A stretch of DNA of 59,970 nucleotides, the filler included, from Circinaria calcarea (Eukaryota): assembly GCA_051942165.1 (NCBI GenBank). It is 3 parts of 3 records of this genome, joined end to end, with 100 filler letters (N's around TTAATTAATTAA, not from the genome) between each part and the next. Parts side by side here need not be neighbours in the genome. Positions count along the whole stretch, not along the records: positions 20,143 to 40,025 come from JAVECS010000188.1; positions 40,126 to 59,970 come from JAVECS010000189.1; 1 more part is not named here. One strand, 5' to 3'. Below are positions 35,174 to 46,792 of this stretch, in pieces; the first letter of the stretch is position 1; each line of letters begins with the position of its first letter. The notes under the pieces are model-generated. The model was not told the DNA's origin, ran no database searches, and saw only the letters and a program-made list of their open reading frames with translations. Both the position numbers and the translations under genes were made by a program.

Positions 35174-35461
35174 CTGTACTTTGGTCGCAGGGGTATTTAT
35201 TGCTAGCGCTACGCTAAAAGCATTAATTCTTTTATTAATTGACCGATTCTACTGGTGGACATCGAGGCTCTAGCTGTATTAGGCATTGATTTACTAATGC
35301 TACGCTAGCAATTAATACCCTTCCGACCATAGTACCTTGACAGATCGGGTCGACCCTAGCGTTGATCGGAAAAACTCTTGACTGGTTGGATGATGCCTCC
35401 CTGCCAATGGGAAGCTGCAATTTTTAAATCGCGGGTTGACCCGATCTGTCAAGGTACACAG
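35174..35461. mobile_element. Outer TA-flanked MITE (Tc1/mariner-type) inserted in the MFS gene
   Basis: After removing the inner element, the left end ctgtaccttgacagatcgggtcgaccc pairs with the right end gggttgacccgatctgtcaaggtacacag. TA lies at 35172-35173 and 35462-35463. Confidence 0.7.
35179..35332. mobile_element. Inner TA-flanked MITE (154 bp) nested in the left TIR of the outer element
   Basis: ~30-bp imperfect TIRs ctttggtcgcaggggtatttattgctagcg / cgctagcaattaatacccttccgaccatag. TA lies at 35177-35178 and 35333-35334. Confidence 0.8.
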
Positions 35462-37144
35462 TATATCTTCGAAACTTCTGCCATATATAAAGAGAAGATA
35501 AGCCGAGGAAACCCCGTACGCAACCGAAATGAGAAATCCGTTCTCTCTACTCGAGAATCCAGCAGTGACCGAAGTGTGTACCATGATTGCAGAGAACAAG
35601 TATAACTGTGTTGCGTTGTACAAAAGCAGAGCAAATCCCGGGACAAGACTCAACGGCTGCGTGGCAAAGATACCTAGTGGAGAGGCTGAGAACCTTACCA
35701 GGTCCCACAGCGAGGCCTTTGCCGCTACTGGTTTTGGTGGCTCGCGTGATGTGACAAGTAGAAGCTGGCCGGGCCCTTCTGGCTGCTTGGTCCGCACTCC
35801 CACCAACAGGTACAGGAGAGCTATTGTGAATATGGTGGAAGCCATTATAAAGCTTGCTTGAAAACCCTCCAGCAGGCTTGCTATAGCCGGGCTGACCAAT
35901 ATACCAATCATGTATAGTGCCAGCGAAGTGCCAATCAGACGTGAGATCAATCGTTCATCTAACGATTGTACATATATGGCATTCAGGTTGAAGTACAAAA
36001 TGATACCTGACGCAAAGCCCTCGAAGACCTGGCCCAACAGAGCCACTCGGATGCTTGCAAAACGGACTATGCTGGGTATTATTGCAACGGACACGCGTAA
36101 GGAAGTAAAAACGTATTCTGACCTCCAACCGCTAATACTGCCACGCTCATGGACCGACAAACCAGCCATGCCGCCAAGCCAGCTTTATGGTTCCTCTATG
36201 AGAGCCTCTCGAAGCCACCCAAGACAAGCAGTGCGCAGACATTGGCCACACAAGTTGCTGCTGCGACTGCGCCAGCGTATGTGCTCCGCTCAGAATTCCG
36301 GCAGTGGGTAGGGTCGTTGCATAGCAAGCTAGCGTACGCGTATATCTCTGTTGCTGCTGTTGCCGCCATGGCCAGAGCAGCGAGCAGGGCCATTGGCAGC
36401 ACTGCGAATGGGGACACTCGCGCCCGTTTTGCGCTATCATGCTCTGCGAGAGCTTTCTTGGGTGCATGATGTTCGTCTTGCGCTGACAGGAGGCCAGTAG
36501 TTTCAGTCGTAGAATCCGTAGGGGTGGTCATTTCCACCAAACTGCACACAAATATCAATATCCTATCACTCACGATGAAAGGAAAGGAGCCGTTGCATGG
36601 GCAGTATAGAGTAGGTTCATCTGCAATGTTTGTGGTTCTTCCGTTTCGGAGTCCGGGTAGATAGAACATCTACCAAGCCTTGGCCAGAGTTGTAACCACA
36701 CAAACACACCGAGCTCTATCTCAAAGATACAGCTTTGCGGACAATCCACCACTTGGAATATTATCCTTGGCATGTGTCTGGTATAGGAAGCGAAGTAAAC
36801 GTCAGAACAACGTATAATACTTTCTGGCACAATTCTTTCTCTGCTCGGGCTACGATGATGCCACCCTCGATGCTGTACTGGAAGCCGAGAGCATCTGTCC
36901 CCGGATAGGCTCCAGACACCGCATCATACTGCGGTAACCATATTAGGCGGTGGTCTTGCCTGCATAAGTTACCTAGTATTGCGATGCTCACGCACATGAG
37001 CGACTCCCGCAAATAGTGAATCTTGACAACGTTCGGACCTGAGAAAGCCATGATCACAGTGCTGCCGTGTGATAATTTGACGAGGCTCCAAAGTATTAAT
37101 GCGGTCCTTCGTGTTTCGAGGAGGCTTGCCTCGCCCCGACTGGA

Positions 37145-38440
37145 ATGGAGAATACTCTGACCAATCTCATTGACTCGCTGCACTCTTCACTCAAAATCCT
37201 CAAAGGCAAGACCAATGGGGAGCTAATGATTGTGCTTCATGACCATGTAAATTACCAGACAAACAGGTAGCAAGCCTAGCTCGCAAGGTGGTTGATTTGC
37301 TTCACGAAACGGAACAACTTCTCGAGCCAGGCTCGCTCGTATTGGCCGACCATTTCCTTGGTAGTATATCTACATTCACTTCTAGGAAGCTATGCTTATG
37401 TAACTTTAGGATATATCAATTGCAAGTGTCTATGTGCTGCGGTTGAGCTTAATGTTCCAGACATCTTACAATCAGGGCCGAAGACGGTAGAGGAAATTGC
37501 CATCGCTGGCAATGCAAGGCCAGATCGACTTCTTCAGGTTATGCGTGTCCTTCGCAATAATGGCATATTTTCTTATAACGCAGCCACATATGCGTACAGC
37601 AACAACACCACTTCGCAGCTGCTTCTTTCAGATCATTGGACTCAACAGAGGGATTGGGTGGACCTTTATGGCAATGAGTTCTACGATATGGCCGGCGGAA
37701 TCCCAGCGTCGTGCAGAATAGATGCAACTAGGATGGCAGCCCAGATCAACTTTGATACCGACACCGACATGTTCACGTACTTTGTAGAGCAAGGGTGACT
37801 TCCAAGACCTTGAGTGGAGGTGCCACCGCCCAAGCTCCGGGTATCCTCGAGGACTATCCATGGGAAGAGATTACCGACACTACCCTCCTTGATATCGGGG
37901 GCGGGGGAGGTGCCTTGGTAGCATTAATATTGCGCAAACACAGATCAATGCAAGCGGAGATTCCAGATCTACCAGAAGTGCTTGAACATGCAATTTCTAA
38001 TTCTCATGCCCCCGATGGTCAGTATGCCGATGTGGGCGATCGTGTTCCTACCTCGCGGCTGATCACTGGTGACTTCCTTGTGGAGATACCAAGCTTCGAA
38101 GTCTATACGATAAAGTGATGCCTTCATGATTGGAATGGCTCAAAGCGCTCAGCATTCTGGGCAACGTTCGGAAGGCAATTCAGCGAGGACCAAGAAGCCG
38201 CTTAATCGTTCTTGAGTCGCTCTTGAAGACGGAAGAATCGGGCGCCTGTCAAGGTACGCAGACTTGACAATGATGATCAGCGCAAATGGCCAGGAGAGAA
38301 CCGAAGCTGAGTGGAATACTCTGGCAGAACGGACTGGCTGGAAAGTGAACCACATCTACGATCTTCGAAATGCCTGGCCATGTGCTATCGAGTTGGTGCC
38401 TGTCTGGAAGTCTACACAATTAGGGGACGCAGGCATATAG
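37145..38440 (+). pseudogene. SAM-dependent O-methyltransferase (Methyltransf_2 type) pseudogene
   Basis: MENTLTNLI..EPGSLVLADHFLG|YINCKCLCAAVEL, WVDLYGNEFY, LLDIGGGGG (SAM binding), GDFLVEIPSFEVYTIK*CLHDW (TGA 38116-38118), NGQERTEAEW, WPCAIELVP. Several frameshifts. Confidence 0.88.
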
Positions 38441-38622
38441 ACGATGTTGGATGGGTTAAATCAACACAGAGGTAACGATCTAAAGTCGAAGGCACAGTCG
38501 AGTACGCCAGGTGCTAGTGATGAAGCCATTGCCAATGGTCATAAAGACTCTACTCAAACCTTACAATCTGATGGTACGCTTCATAATGAGGCAGTCAGGT
38601 CGAAGAAGACCAAGTCTCGTCC

Positions 38623-39734
38623 ATGATGTCCTTTCTCGAACCTTCGGACTCATCCCGCGGTAACCCGTTCTTTCGTTCCGCCGCTGACGAGGGCTTTGAA
38701 AGCATGAATTTCAAGTGGACCGATCACGCTGTAACAATTACAAACGCGCGTACCCATAAAGATATCTTCACACTTGACGAAATGGTTTTGCCTATGAAGA
38801 TGACGTTGACGAGCTTACTCCAGAACTTTTGGAAGCATTGCGGAGAGGAGAAAAGGAGACTGTCAAAAATCTGTATTACCCGAAAGTGGAGGCCTTTTTA
38901 AAGAAACATACGGGAGCTTCTAAAATCGATGTTTTCGATCACACTGTAAGAAAGAGAGAACCGGGCATAGACTCGAAGGAGAACCCGAACGGCAGGAAAC
39001 AGCCGGCCACGGTGGCAAGTCTTTGTTCAAATCCTTCACAGATCTACAAAAACTCATAAGCAAACAAATCCACTGCGATCAGTAAATAGAAGCTTCTCTT
39101 CATCCTACGTTCAGGGCTAACTCTGTCCAGATCAGCCAAAGGTGCTATCCAGCGTGTGAAGCAGAATATAGGCGAACATGAAACCACCGAGGCTATACTC
39201 AGAGGCAGGGTACAGATTGTAAAGTACGGTTGCAATTTGCTTGCTAAATCTTATATTATCATGCTTATATACTGCGTAGTGTCTGGCGACCTCTCCAGGG
39301 CCCAGTCGTGGATTGACCGTTAGCGCAGATGGATCTCCGTAGCCTGGACTTCACAAACATTTACCCGTGCGACCTATGGAGGCATCAGTTCGAGGAGCGA
39401 GGGCAGACAGTCACGTTCACGCATGCCTCAAACCAGGGATGGTACTACCTGGACAAGCACCGTATGGACGAAGCAACAATGATCAAGATATGGGATAGCA
39501 AGGGAGACGGAGTCGCAACAGGTATATTCTCACCATCATTCTGCTTGCTCCCGTTCTCTGGTTACTTTTTGCGCTAATGCTTTGGTACGCCGTCCAGGGT
39601 GTCCTCATGCTGCGTTTAAGCATCCACTTACACCAATCGATGCGCTTCCTAGAGAAAGCGTGGGGGTTACGGTGTATTTTACTATATGGGAGCCAAGGGT
39701 AAATACCAACAAGAGATGCGTGTGCCACCAATAA
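38623..39734 (+). pseudogene. AsaB/CmcJ/NvfI-like hydroxylase-desaturase pseudogene, possibly the C-terminal domain of a fusion with the O-methyltransferase
   Basis: VTITNAR..FTLD.NGF, YYPKVEAFLKKHTGA..VFDHTVR, HCDQ, RVQIVN|VWRPLQGPVVD*PLA, WYYLDKH, IKIWDS, CPHAAF..PRES. Frameshift near 38780 and W-to-stop near 39314. Confidence 0.85.
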
Positions 39735-40025
39735 AAACCGGTATTTCCGAAATGGCCGAAAATACTCCGTAGGCGAATTTTATGACTGGAGCGCATGGAG
39801 GAGGTGGCGGGGAAACAGCACTAGTTAGGCGGGCCTCTCGCTCCATACATTAGCAATTCCCCAATTTTTCTCCACACGCTTTTACCACCTCACACATACA
39901 TACACGGAAGTTCTGTACTATGTTATAACATTTTATCATACATATATTCCGGTTATGCCGTGTAGACCATTGAAGGCGTAGTGCCCTCTTTATAATACTT
40001 CTCCTTTCTCTGCCCTCTCTACAAT

Positions 40026-40125
40026 NNNNNNNNNNNNNNNNNNNNNNNNNNNNNNNNNNNNNNNNNNNNTTAATTAATTAANNNNNNNNNNNNNNNNNNN
40101 NNNNNNNNNNNNNNNNNNNNNNNNN
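40026..40125. other. Artificial contig linker (N44-TTAATTAATTAA-N44)
   Basis: Identical to the spacer at 20043-20142; the 12-mer is at 40070-40081. Confidence 0.97.
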
Positions 40126-40126
40126 C

Positions 40127-41215
40127 CCCGAACCACCCTACGCCACCACCATCCACCCCGCCTACACGCTCTCCCTTCCCGCCACAGCCTTCTACCTGCT
40201 CTCCCCGCGCGCTCTGCCTATCCGCCTCATCTCCCCATTTGCAACCAGCATCGTGGCGAGCTACAACCTCGTAAACGAAACAACGGAAAAGTACACGGCG
40301 CCGCACTCGCTGCTCTTCGATACCTACGCCAGTCAGGGCAATACCTTTTTCGCAGGCAGCGACAGCGAGGTTTGCGTCTTTGATGTGGGTAGGAACGGGA
40401 GTGGGCCCGTGAGTCGGATGCCGACGATCCCGTCCAAGAGGAAGAAAGCCGTCGGGGGCGGGGTGGGCATGAAAGGGATCATTTCCACGCTAGGGATGAG
40501 TGGTGAGGGCATCCTGGCCGCGGGCACGTTTAGTCGGTGGGTGGGCCTCTACGATAGCGGGGGTAGAGGCGGTACGGTGGGGGTCTTTGAGCTCCAGAGC
40601 CATAAGCCCAGTCCCACCTTGAGCGCCAGCTCCAACGAACACGAAGGACAAGGAACAGGCAAAGGCATCACCCAGCTCCTCTGGAGCCCCTGCGCCCGCT
40701 ACCTCTGCGCTGCCGAACGCGGCACCGACGGTCTAGGCGTGTGGGATATTCGCGGTACAGGCCGCCGCTTAGCCTGGCTGGCCGGCAGGAAAGCCAAAAC
40801 GATGCAACGGTTGGGCGTGCATGTGACGGAAGGAGGGGAAGTCTGGGCCGGGGGTACAGATGGGGTGGTAAAGGTGTGGGAGAGCTTGGGAAGGAGGGAG
40901 GGCAGCGTAGATGCGGATTGGGGGTTCAAAGCGCATGAGGATGTGGTGGTAGGGGTTGGGGTGCATCCGGCGGGGAGTGTGCTGGCGAGTTGTTCGGGGC
41001 AGAGACGTTATACTGGTGAGGTCGGTTCTCGAGGGTTGGAGAGTGAGGGAAGGGGGAGTGGGAGTGGGAGTGGGAGCGATTCTTCTGCTTCTTCTTCTTC
41101 TTCTTCTTCTTCTGAGCGGGGAAGCTCGATGGAGGCAGAGGCAGAGCACGAGCCGGAGCCGGATGGGAGGAGATGTGTGGTAGGTGATTGCAGCCTTAAA
41201 GTCTGGGCCTTGTAA
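40127..41215 (+). CDS. SWT21: WD40 protein of the Swt21/TCAB1 (WRAP53) family, 5' end cut off by the gap
   Basis: Open from the contig edge. Motifs TEKYTAPHSL, TIPSKRKKAVGGGVGMKGIIS, LAAGTFSRWVGLY, GKGITQLLWSPC, TMQRL, LASCSGQR. Confidence 0.85.
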   Translation, partial: PEPPYATTIHPAYTLSLPATAFYLLSPRALPIRLISPFATSIVASYNLVNETTEKYTAPHSLLFDTYASQGNTFFAGSDSEVCVFDVGRNGSGPVSRMPTIPSKRKKAVGGGVGMKGIISTLGMSGEGILAAGTFSRWVGLYDSGGRGGTVGVFELQSHKPSPTLSASSNEHEGQGTGKGITQLLWSPCARYLCAAERGTDGLGVWDIRGTGRRLAWLAGRKAKTMQRLGVHVTEGGEVWAGGTDGVVKVWESLGRREGSVDADWGFKAHEDVVVGVGVHPAGSVLASCSGQRRYTGEVGSRGLESEGRGSGSGSGSDSSASSSSSSSSERGSSMEAEAEHEPEPDGRRCVVGDCSLKVWAL

Positions 41216-41670
41216 ACCATTCATTACAAACAACTACTCCTCTATAGTCTACCCTCTGCGAGCGATCTCCCTTGAGCGGAACCTTCGCATACCTATGATC
41301 CCCCCGTCGTATTATTCGCATTCCCGAAAATCCAACCCCCCATCCTCATCCCCATCCCTTCGCTTTATTAAGCTCAGCCCCTCGGCCCACTCTCTCTCAC
41401 TTCACCAAGGAGTAACGGATCTACCGTAAGCCGAAGACATGCGATGAGTGAAGTTGTACCGAGTACATGAAAGTGAGCGCAGGGCAAATGGAGGTGGAAC
41501 GTGCATCGGAAGCTGCCGGCTTGGCGGTTTCTCTAGAAATTTCTCTGGGAGAGCGAGCTCCATCCCGAATTTCCAAACCATCCTACGCGAAACCGTCTAC
41601 CACAAGCAGTACAAGCACAGCACAGTTTAAATTTATCAGTTCATCCTTCGGACACTCTGCTTCTAACAGA

Positions 41671-42172
41671 ATGGTATGCTAGTCACATTTTCCTGTTGTC
41701 CTATCTTTGAACAGCAATCTGAACTAATGCGCCCAGACTACCGCCCTGAAATCTATCAAGTCCCTCGCACCACTCCTCGACCGCATCTTGGTCCAGAGAA
41801 TAAAAGCGGAAACCAAAACTGCAGGCGGTATCTTCCTACCGGAGAGCGCTGTGAAAGAGCTCAATGAGGCCAAAGTACTCGCCGTCGGCCCTGGTGGATT
41901 GGATAAGGAGGGAAAGAGAGTGACGCCGAGTGTCGCGCCTGGAGACAAGGTCCTAATACCTCAAGTACGTGTTGAGAACTTCCCTAAGATGCTACATTGG
42001 CTTGGAGGAGTTGAAGCTGATTTTCATAGTACGGGGGAAGTCCCGTCAAAGTTGGAGATGAGGAATACGCGTTGTTCCGGGATCATGAGTAAGTAATCGA
42101 TCCTCTAATTAGCTTTCTTGGCACAGAAGCTAAACCGGTGCCAACAGACTTCTAGCTAAGATCAACGAGTGA
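41671..42172 (+). CDS. HSP10: Mitochondrial co-chaperonin Hsp10, 4 exons
   Basis: Spliced product M|TTALKSIKSLAPLLDRILVQRIKAETKTAGGIFLPE...GDKVLIPQ|YGGSPVKVGDEEYALFRDHE|LLAKINE*, with canonical introns. Confidence 0.96.
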
Positions 42173-42894
42173 TTTCGGAAGCAGTCTTTCCCGCTGTACA
42201 ATATGTATTCATAGTATGGGTTGGCACGCTCGAGGTGGTACAATAATCTGCATAAGAGAAGCGTTGCATACTTTCGTCAATGTACCTTAATCTATCCTAC
42301 AAAGCACTCCTCTCAATGCTCTTTCAGTGTCGTCTCAATGTCCATGCACCATCTATGTTACCGAGTCGCAAGCAAAGGTGTCTGTGTAATCAGTCAATTA
42401 TCAAATTGAAACTTCTTCACTTCTCTATCTAACGATAGTAGTATAATCCAATTAAAATGCTTTGGAATAGACCTTTGAGATTTGTGGATGGAGATGTCTG
42501 CAGATGTTCTCGTGCCACTTGCCTTGCTGTGTCCATTGATCTGTCAATCGTCTCTGGCTCAATATGTAAAACGTTAAGAGCCCGTCTACTATGTTCTACT
42601 GCAAATCTGTTTTTTATTGGTGCATACATTTTCACAAATCTTACAAAGTAGAGGGAGAGAACATCTTCCACAGAATCGCCCTATGCACAGTTATGTAATC
42701 AAATTCCGGCATATCGTATCTCCTTTGCCCGGTGCTGCAGAGAAGTTGCGACCTCAATTCATCTGCGCACCAATCTGTAGTCAACTTAACGTTGCTTTCA
42801 CGACATTTAGAACACCTGGTTCTGACACTTGTGATCAGAAAACACCTTGGGTACACAGCAAGCTTACTGCGATTACACCTAACCTGACACCACC

Positions 42895-43742
42895 ATGGCA
42901 TCCTCCTCTTCCCCAGCTACCCCCCTCCTCTAGTAAGTGGGCTCTAGGCGTCTGGTCAGTAAAGACCATCCAAGGCTAATATATCATAAGCTCTTGCATC
43001 GCCTACCGAACGACCATCCTCACAGAACATACCACATCCGCCGCCTCGAATACGTCTTCTCTCGCGTCTCTCATTCTTCCCAAGATAGATCACAAAACGC
43101 CGCAGAAGCTCACCTACACTCACAACCAAAACTTCATCCACTACATCGCTGACGCTCCATCGGACCACCCTTCCGCAGATCCCTCCGCCGGTGGCCTCAC
43201 ATACCTCGTCATTGCATCCTCCTCCTTTGGCCGGCGCATACCCTTTGGATTCCTGGTAGAAATCAAGAAGCAGTTCTTGAACCGCTATGACCCCAAGGAG
43301 ACCGATTTTGCCAGCCTGCCGCCTTATGGCGCCGCCGCGTTCAATAGTCAACTGAAGAACTTGATGATCAGCTATGGGACGACGAAAGCGGGCAAGGAAG
43401 ATGCGATTGGAAATGTACAGCAGGAGATTGAAAGCGTACGGGATATTATGACGGAGAACATTGAGCGGGTACTGGAAAGAGGCGAGAGGATTGACCTGCT
43501 GGTGGATAAGACTGATCGCCTAGGGGTGGGCGCGCATGATTTCAGGGTCCGGAGTAGGGGCTTAAAGAGGCGGATGTGGTGGAAGAATGTCAAGCTGATG
43601 GTCCTGCTGGGGGTGGTCATAGTGTTTTTACTGTATTTGTTTATTGGGTTCGGGTGTGGATTACCTGGTGAGTGCCACCTTTATCTATATGTTGGAGGAT
43701 CTGGCTAACTCGTGTATAGCATGGGGCCGTTGTGTCGGATAA
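42895..43742 (+). CDS. NYV1: Longin R-SNARE (VAMP7/Nyv1), 3 exons
   Basis: Longin domain (GRRIPFGFL), synaptobrevin motif VRDIMTENIERVLERGERIDLLVDKT, transmembrane helix and CGLP|AWGRCVG* tail. Confidence 0.93.
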
Positions 43743-44355
43743 TAAATCCCGGCAGGTGGAAGGCTATGGCGTTCTATTGCGGCGTCCGAAGCGTGTGGAC
43801 TTTTACAGGTGGCCAGCGTCTCTCATCCTTGCGCTCCCTAGCATAAATGCGAGAATGTAGGCCCTAGCAGGCTTCTTTGTCTCAGCAATTACACTACGGA
43901 TGAAGGTTCATTCTTCTGTACAATTAGAAAAGGACTATATTGTCAGGATAAGGTTCTCGCTCATCGCTCATCGCTTTACTGAAAGAGAGGATTGTCTACG
44001 TACGGGGTTTGGTATCCAACAGGGGTGAATATATAGCAGCTCCATCGATCTCCTCCTACTCTACCTGACGTTTTTGCCTGTGAGACTGAGCCGTTGGAAA
44101 CAACAAAGTCAGGTTGTGATAACCACCCATGTCTCGTGCCAGCATATACTTTGTGAATCAAGCAGTCTCATCCTCAACTCTCAATTTAGATAGTCTTATA
44201 AAGGTAGAAGCAAGGAGATAATCTAAAGCCAAAGATATCAATTTTAGGGCCGAGTTTAGGGCCGCTACCCCTGTACTCGGTGTAATTCTTCCGAGCATCT
44301 CAAGAACAATGTTGTGAGCTGAGAGTTGTAACCTGGGCACGCTGGGAAATCTGAC

Positions 44356-46585
44356 ATGCGAAGACGTTTTGGATCGTTACTTCGCAGTTACAGTAGTACT
44401 TCCGAAGCAGCACTTTCTGGTAGACCGGCAATTTTGCAGATTGACAATGCAACATTCTACAGACGACATCCTTCGACTGCACCGGAAAATTCCCCAAATC
44501 CACCGATATTCCCGAACCTGACTTTTTCCATTCCTTCCTTTGCACATCCCCCGGAACACTGGGCTATACTGGGAGCATCATCTTCAGGAAAGACGACCTT
44601 TCTCGAAGTCCTTCGTGGACAGCATCTGTGCTCTCCGCCGACAGCTCGATCCTACCCATACCTGAGTACTGAGGAAATTGGTAACAAAGATCACCGTCTA
44701 CGAGTTCCGGCGCGCGCAATACAATATGTGGGATTCAGAAATCAACGGAAGACGCTCGGAGGAGGAGGACCGACGGAAACATATCTCAGCGCGAGGTATG
44801 AGAGCAGGCGGGAAGCGACAGATTTCTCTCTATTGGACTACCTGAAGGGAAATACCAGTCTCAACCCATTGAAGGACGAAGTGGAACCGGAGCGAGAAGG
44901 GGAGATCAACAATGCCTTGGCAAAGGTTATCAACGATCTGCGACTCGAAGCATTGATTGACATGCCCGTCGGGAGCCTGAGCAATGGTCAGACGAGAAGG
45001 GCAATGATTGCAAAAGCCTTACTTGGCGCGCCTGAGATATTGCTACTGGATGAGCCGTTCAGTACGTCGATTTCCTCGTGACCAACCATTTGCAATACTA
45101 ACATCGAAGGGTAGTGGGCCTCGATCCACCCACATTGACCACCTTATCTCCGCTCCTACACCGTCTTGCGAAAGCAAACGCCCCCAGGCTCGTGCTTGCA
45201 TTGCGACCACAAGACCCTCTGCCTGATTGGATCACTCATGTAGTCTATCTTGGCCCAGATCTCCGAGTTGCTCTGAAAGGTGCCAAGGACACCGTCTTCC
45301 ATCAGCTTCAGGAGCTCATCGCCAGTGCAGACCCGAAGAATGAAGATGAGCTTCGCTATTTTCCAACACTCGCTCCCAACGATGTCGGACGAACCTTGAC
45401 AGCTAAAGTGATTGGGAGAAGCCCATTGATTGGGAGAAGTTCATTCAAGACTACCAATGAACTCTCTCCACCTGCCGAAATGGGTTCAATCTCAGCTGGG
45501 GAAGCTTTGGTTGAGATGGAAGGGGTACAAGTCAAGTACGGAAAGGTAGTACTTGGCGGCTGGAAGGAAGAAGCCGACGGTCATTCTAGAAGTGGACTAT
45601 GGTGGACAGTCCGGCGAGGAGAAAGATGGGGTGTCTTTGGACCGAATGGTAGATATTTGGATAACCGCGGGTATACCACGAATACTGACAGTACCCAGGC
45701 TCCGGTAAAACAACCATCCTATCCCTCATCTGCTCCGACCATCCCCAAGCCTATTCCCTTCCCATCAAACTCTTCGGACGCACCCGCCTCCCTCAACCTG
45801 GCCAACCTGGCATTTCCATCTTCGACATACAAGCCCGCATCGGGCATTCCTCCCCCGAAATCCACGCCTTCTTTCCCCGCAACCTCACCATCCGGCAAAC
45901 GCTCGAAAGCGCCTGGGCCGAGACCTTCCTCGGCCGACCCGTCCTCGACCACACACGCGACAACGCCGTCGACGCCTGCCTGCGCTGGTTCCGGGCCGAA
46001 CTCGACCCCGGCTCCAACGCCCACCTCGACATCCTCCTGATGAGTAAACCCGGCCCCACGGGCGGACGCAGCCTCACCCTGGGGGAAACCTACGACGACT
46101 ACCTCAGCAGCGACACCGACTGGGCTGACGATACTCGCTTCGGTGCCCTCGCCTTCTCCGCCCAGCGCCTCGCCCTCTTCCTCCGCGCGCTCGTCAAGAA
46201 ACCCGACCTGCTGATCCTCGACGAGGCCTTTAGCGGCATGGACGAGCTCCTCCGCGACAAGTGCATGCTCTTTCTCAAATACGGCGAGACGCGCCGGTGG
46301 ACCAAGGTCAAGGGCAACCCCCGCCAGACGACGCTCGCGAGGACGCGCTTCGAGCAGATGGGCCGCGTGGCCGTGGGCGGGTTGGAGCCGAGGCAGGCGC
46401 TCGTGTGCGTCAGCCATGTCCAAGAGGAGGTGCCGGGCATGGTGAAGGAGTGGATGTGTTTGCCCGAGGCCGGAACGGAGGAAGCCCCGAGGGTTGGGAC
46501 ATTGACGAAGCACTTGGCACGGGATTCCAAGAAGTGGATGGGCATTTGGGGGTTGGGGGTTGGGGTTGGGGATGCAGGAGGATGA
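44356..46585 (+). CDS. Soluble dual-domain ABC ATPase (ModF/YDR061W-like), 3 exons
   Basis: Walker A GASSSGKTT and GPN|GSGKTT, signature LSNGQTRR, Walker B LLLDEPF|MGLD and LILDEAFSGMD. Introns 45062-45114 and 45649-45698 restore one frame. Confidence 0.92.
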
Positions 46586-46763
46586 AAGGAAGTAGAAATA
46601 GAAGTGGATCGTGTCCGCGTTGAGTTAATTGATTTTCCAAAGTAAGGGGGGTGGGGGGAGAAATTATAGAGATGAATGGATGGATGGATGGATGGATGGG
46701 ACGAGTGAGGTGTATATATATATAGAACTCGACAATCGAAATCGAATTAGAAAAATCCCCAAT

Positions 46764-46792
46764 TTCTTCTTCTTCTTCTTCTTCTTCTTCTT
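46764..46792. repeat. (TTC)n microsatellite; a (GATG)n run lies nearby at ~46675-46698
   Basis: Read directly in the intergenic region between two convergent genes. Confidence 0.9.

Larger units (their letters stand above)
34729..36531 (-). pseudogene. MFS transporter pseudogene interrupted by nested MITEs
   Basis: ATG 36531 (MTTPTDSTTETTGLL). Hydrophobic helices are split over ORFs 36196-36669, 35312-36169 and 34888-35169 by frameshifts. Insertion at 35174-35461. Final frame ...LWPGHGVF..NFK* ends at 34729. Confidence 0.8.

Noticed and set aside
20143..40025. Calling the segment a Starship or an autonomous transposon
   Set aside because: No tyrosine recombinase, DDE transposase, reverse transcriptase or element boundary was recognisable. 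Kept only as a hypothesis.
45719..46640. Long antisense ORFs such as 45719-46513 (also 1511-2251 and 40769-41233)
   Set aside because: They shadow GC-rich exons of well-supported genes on the opposite strand and show no motifs.
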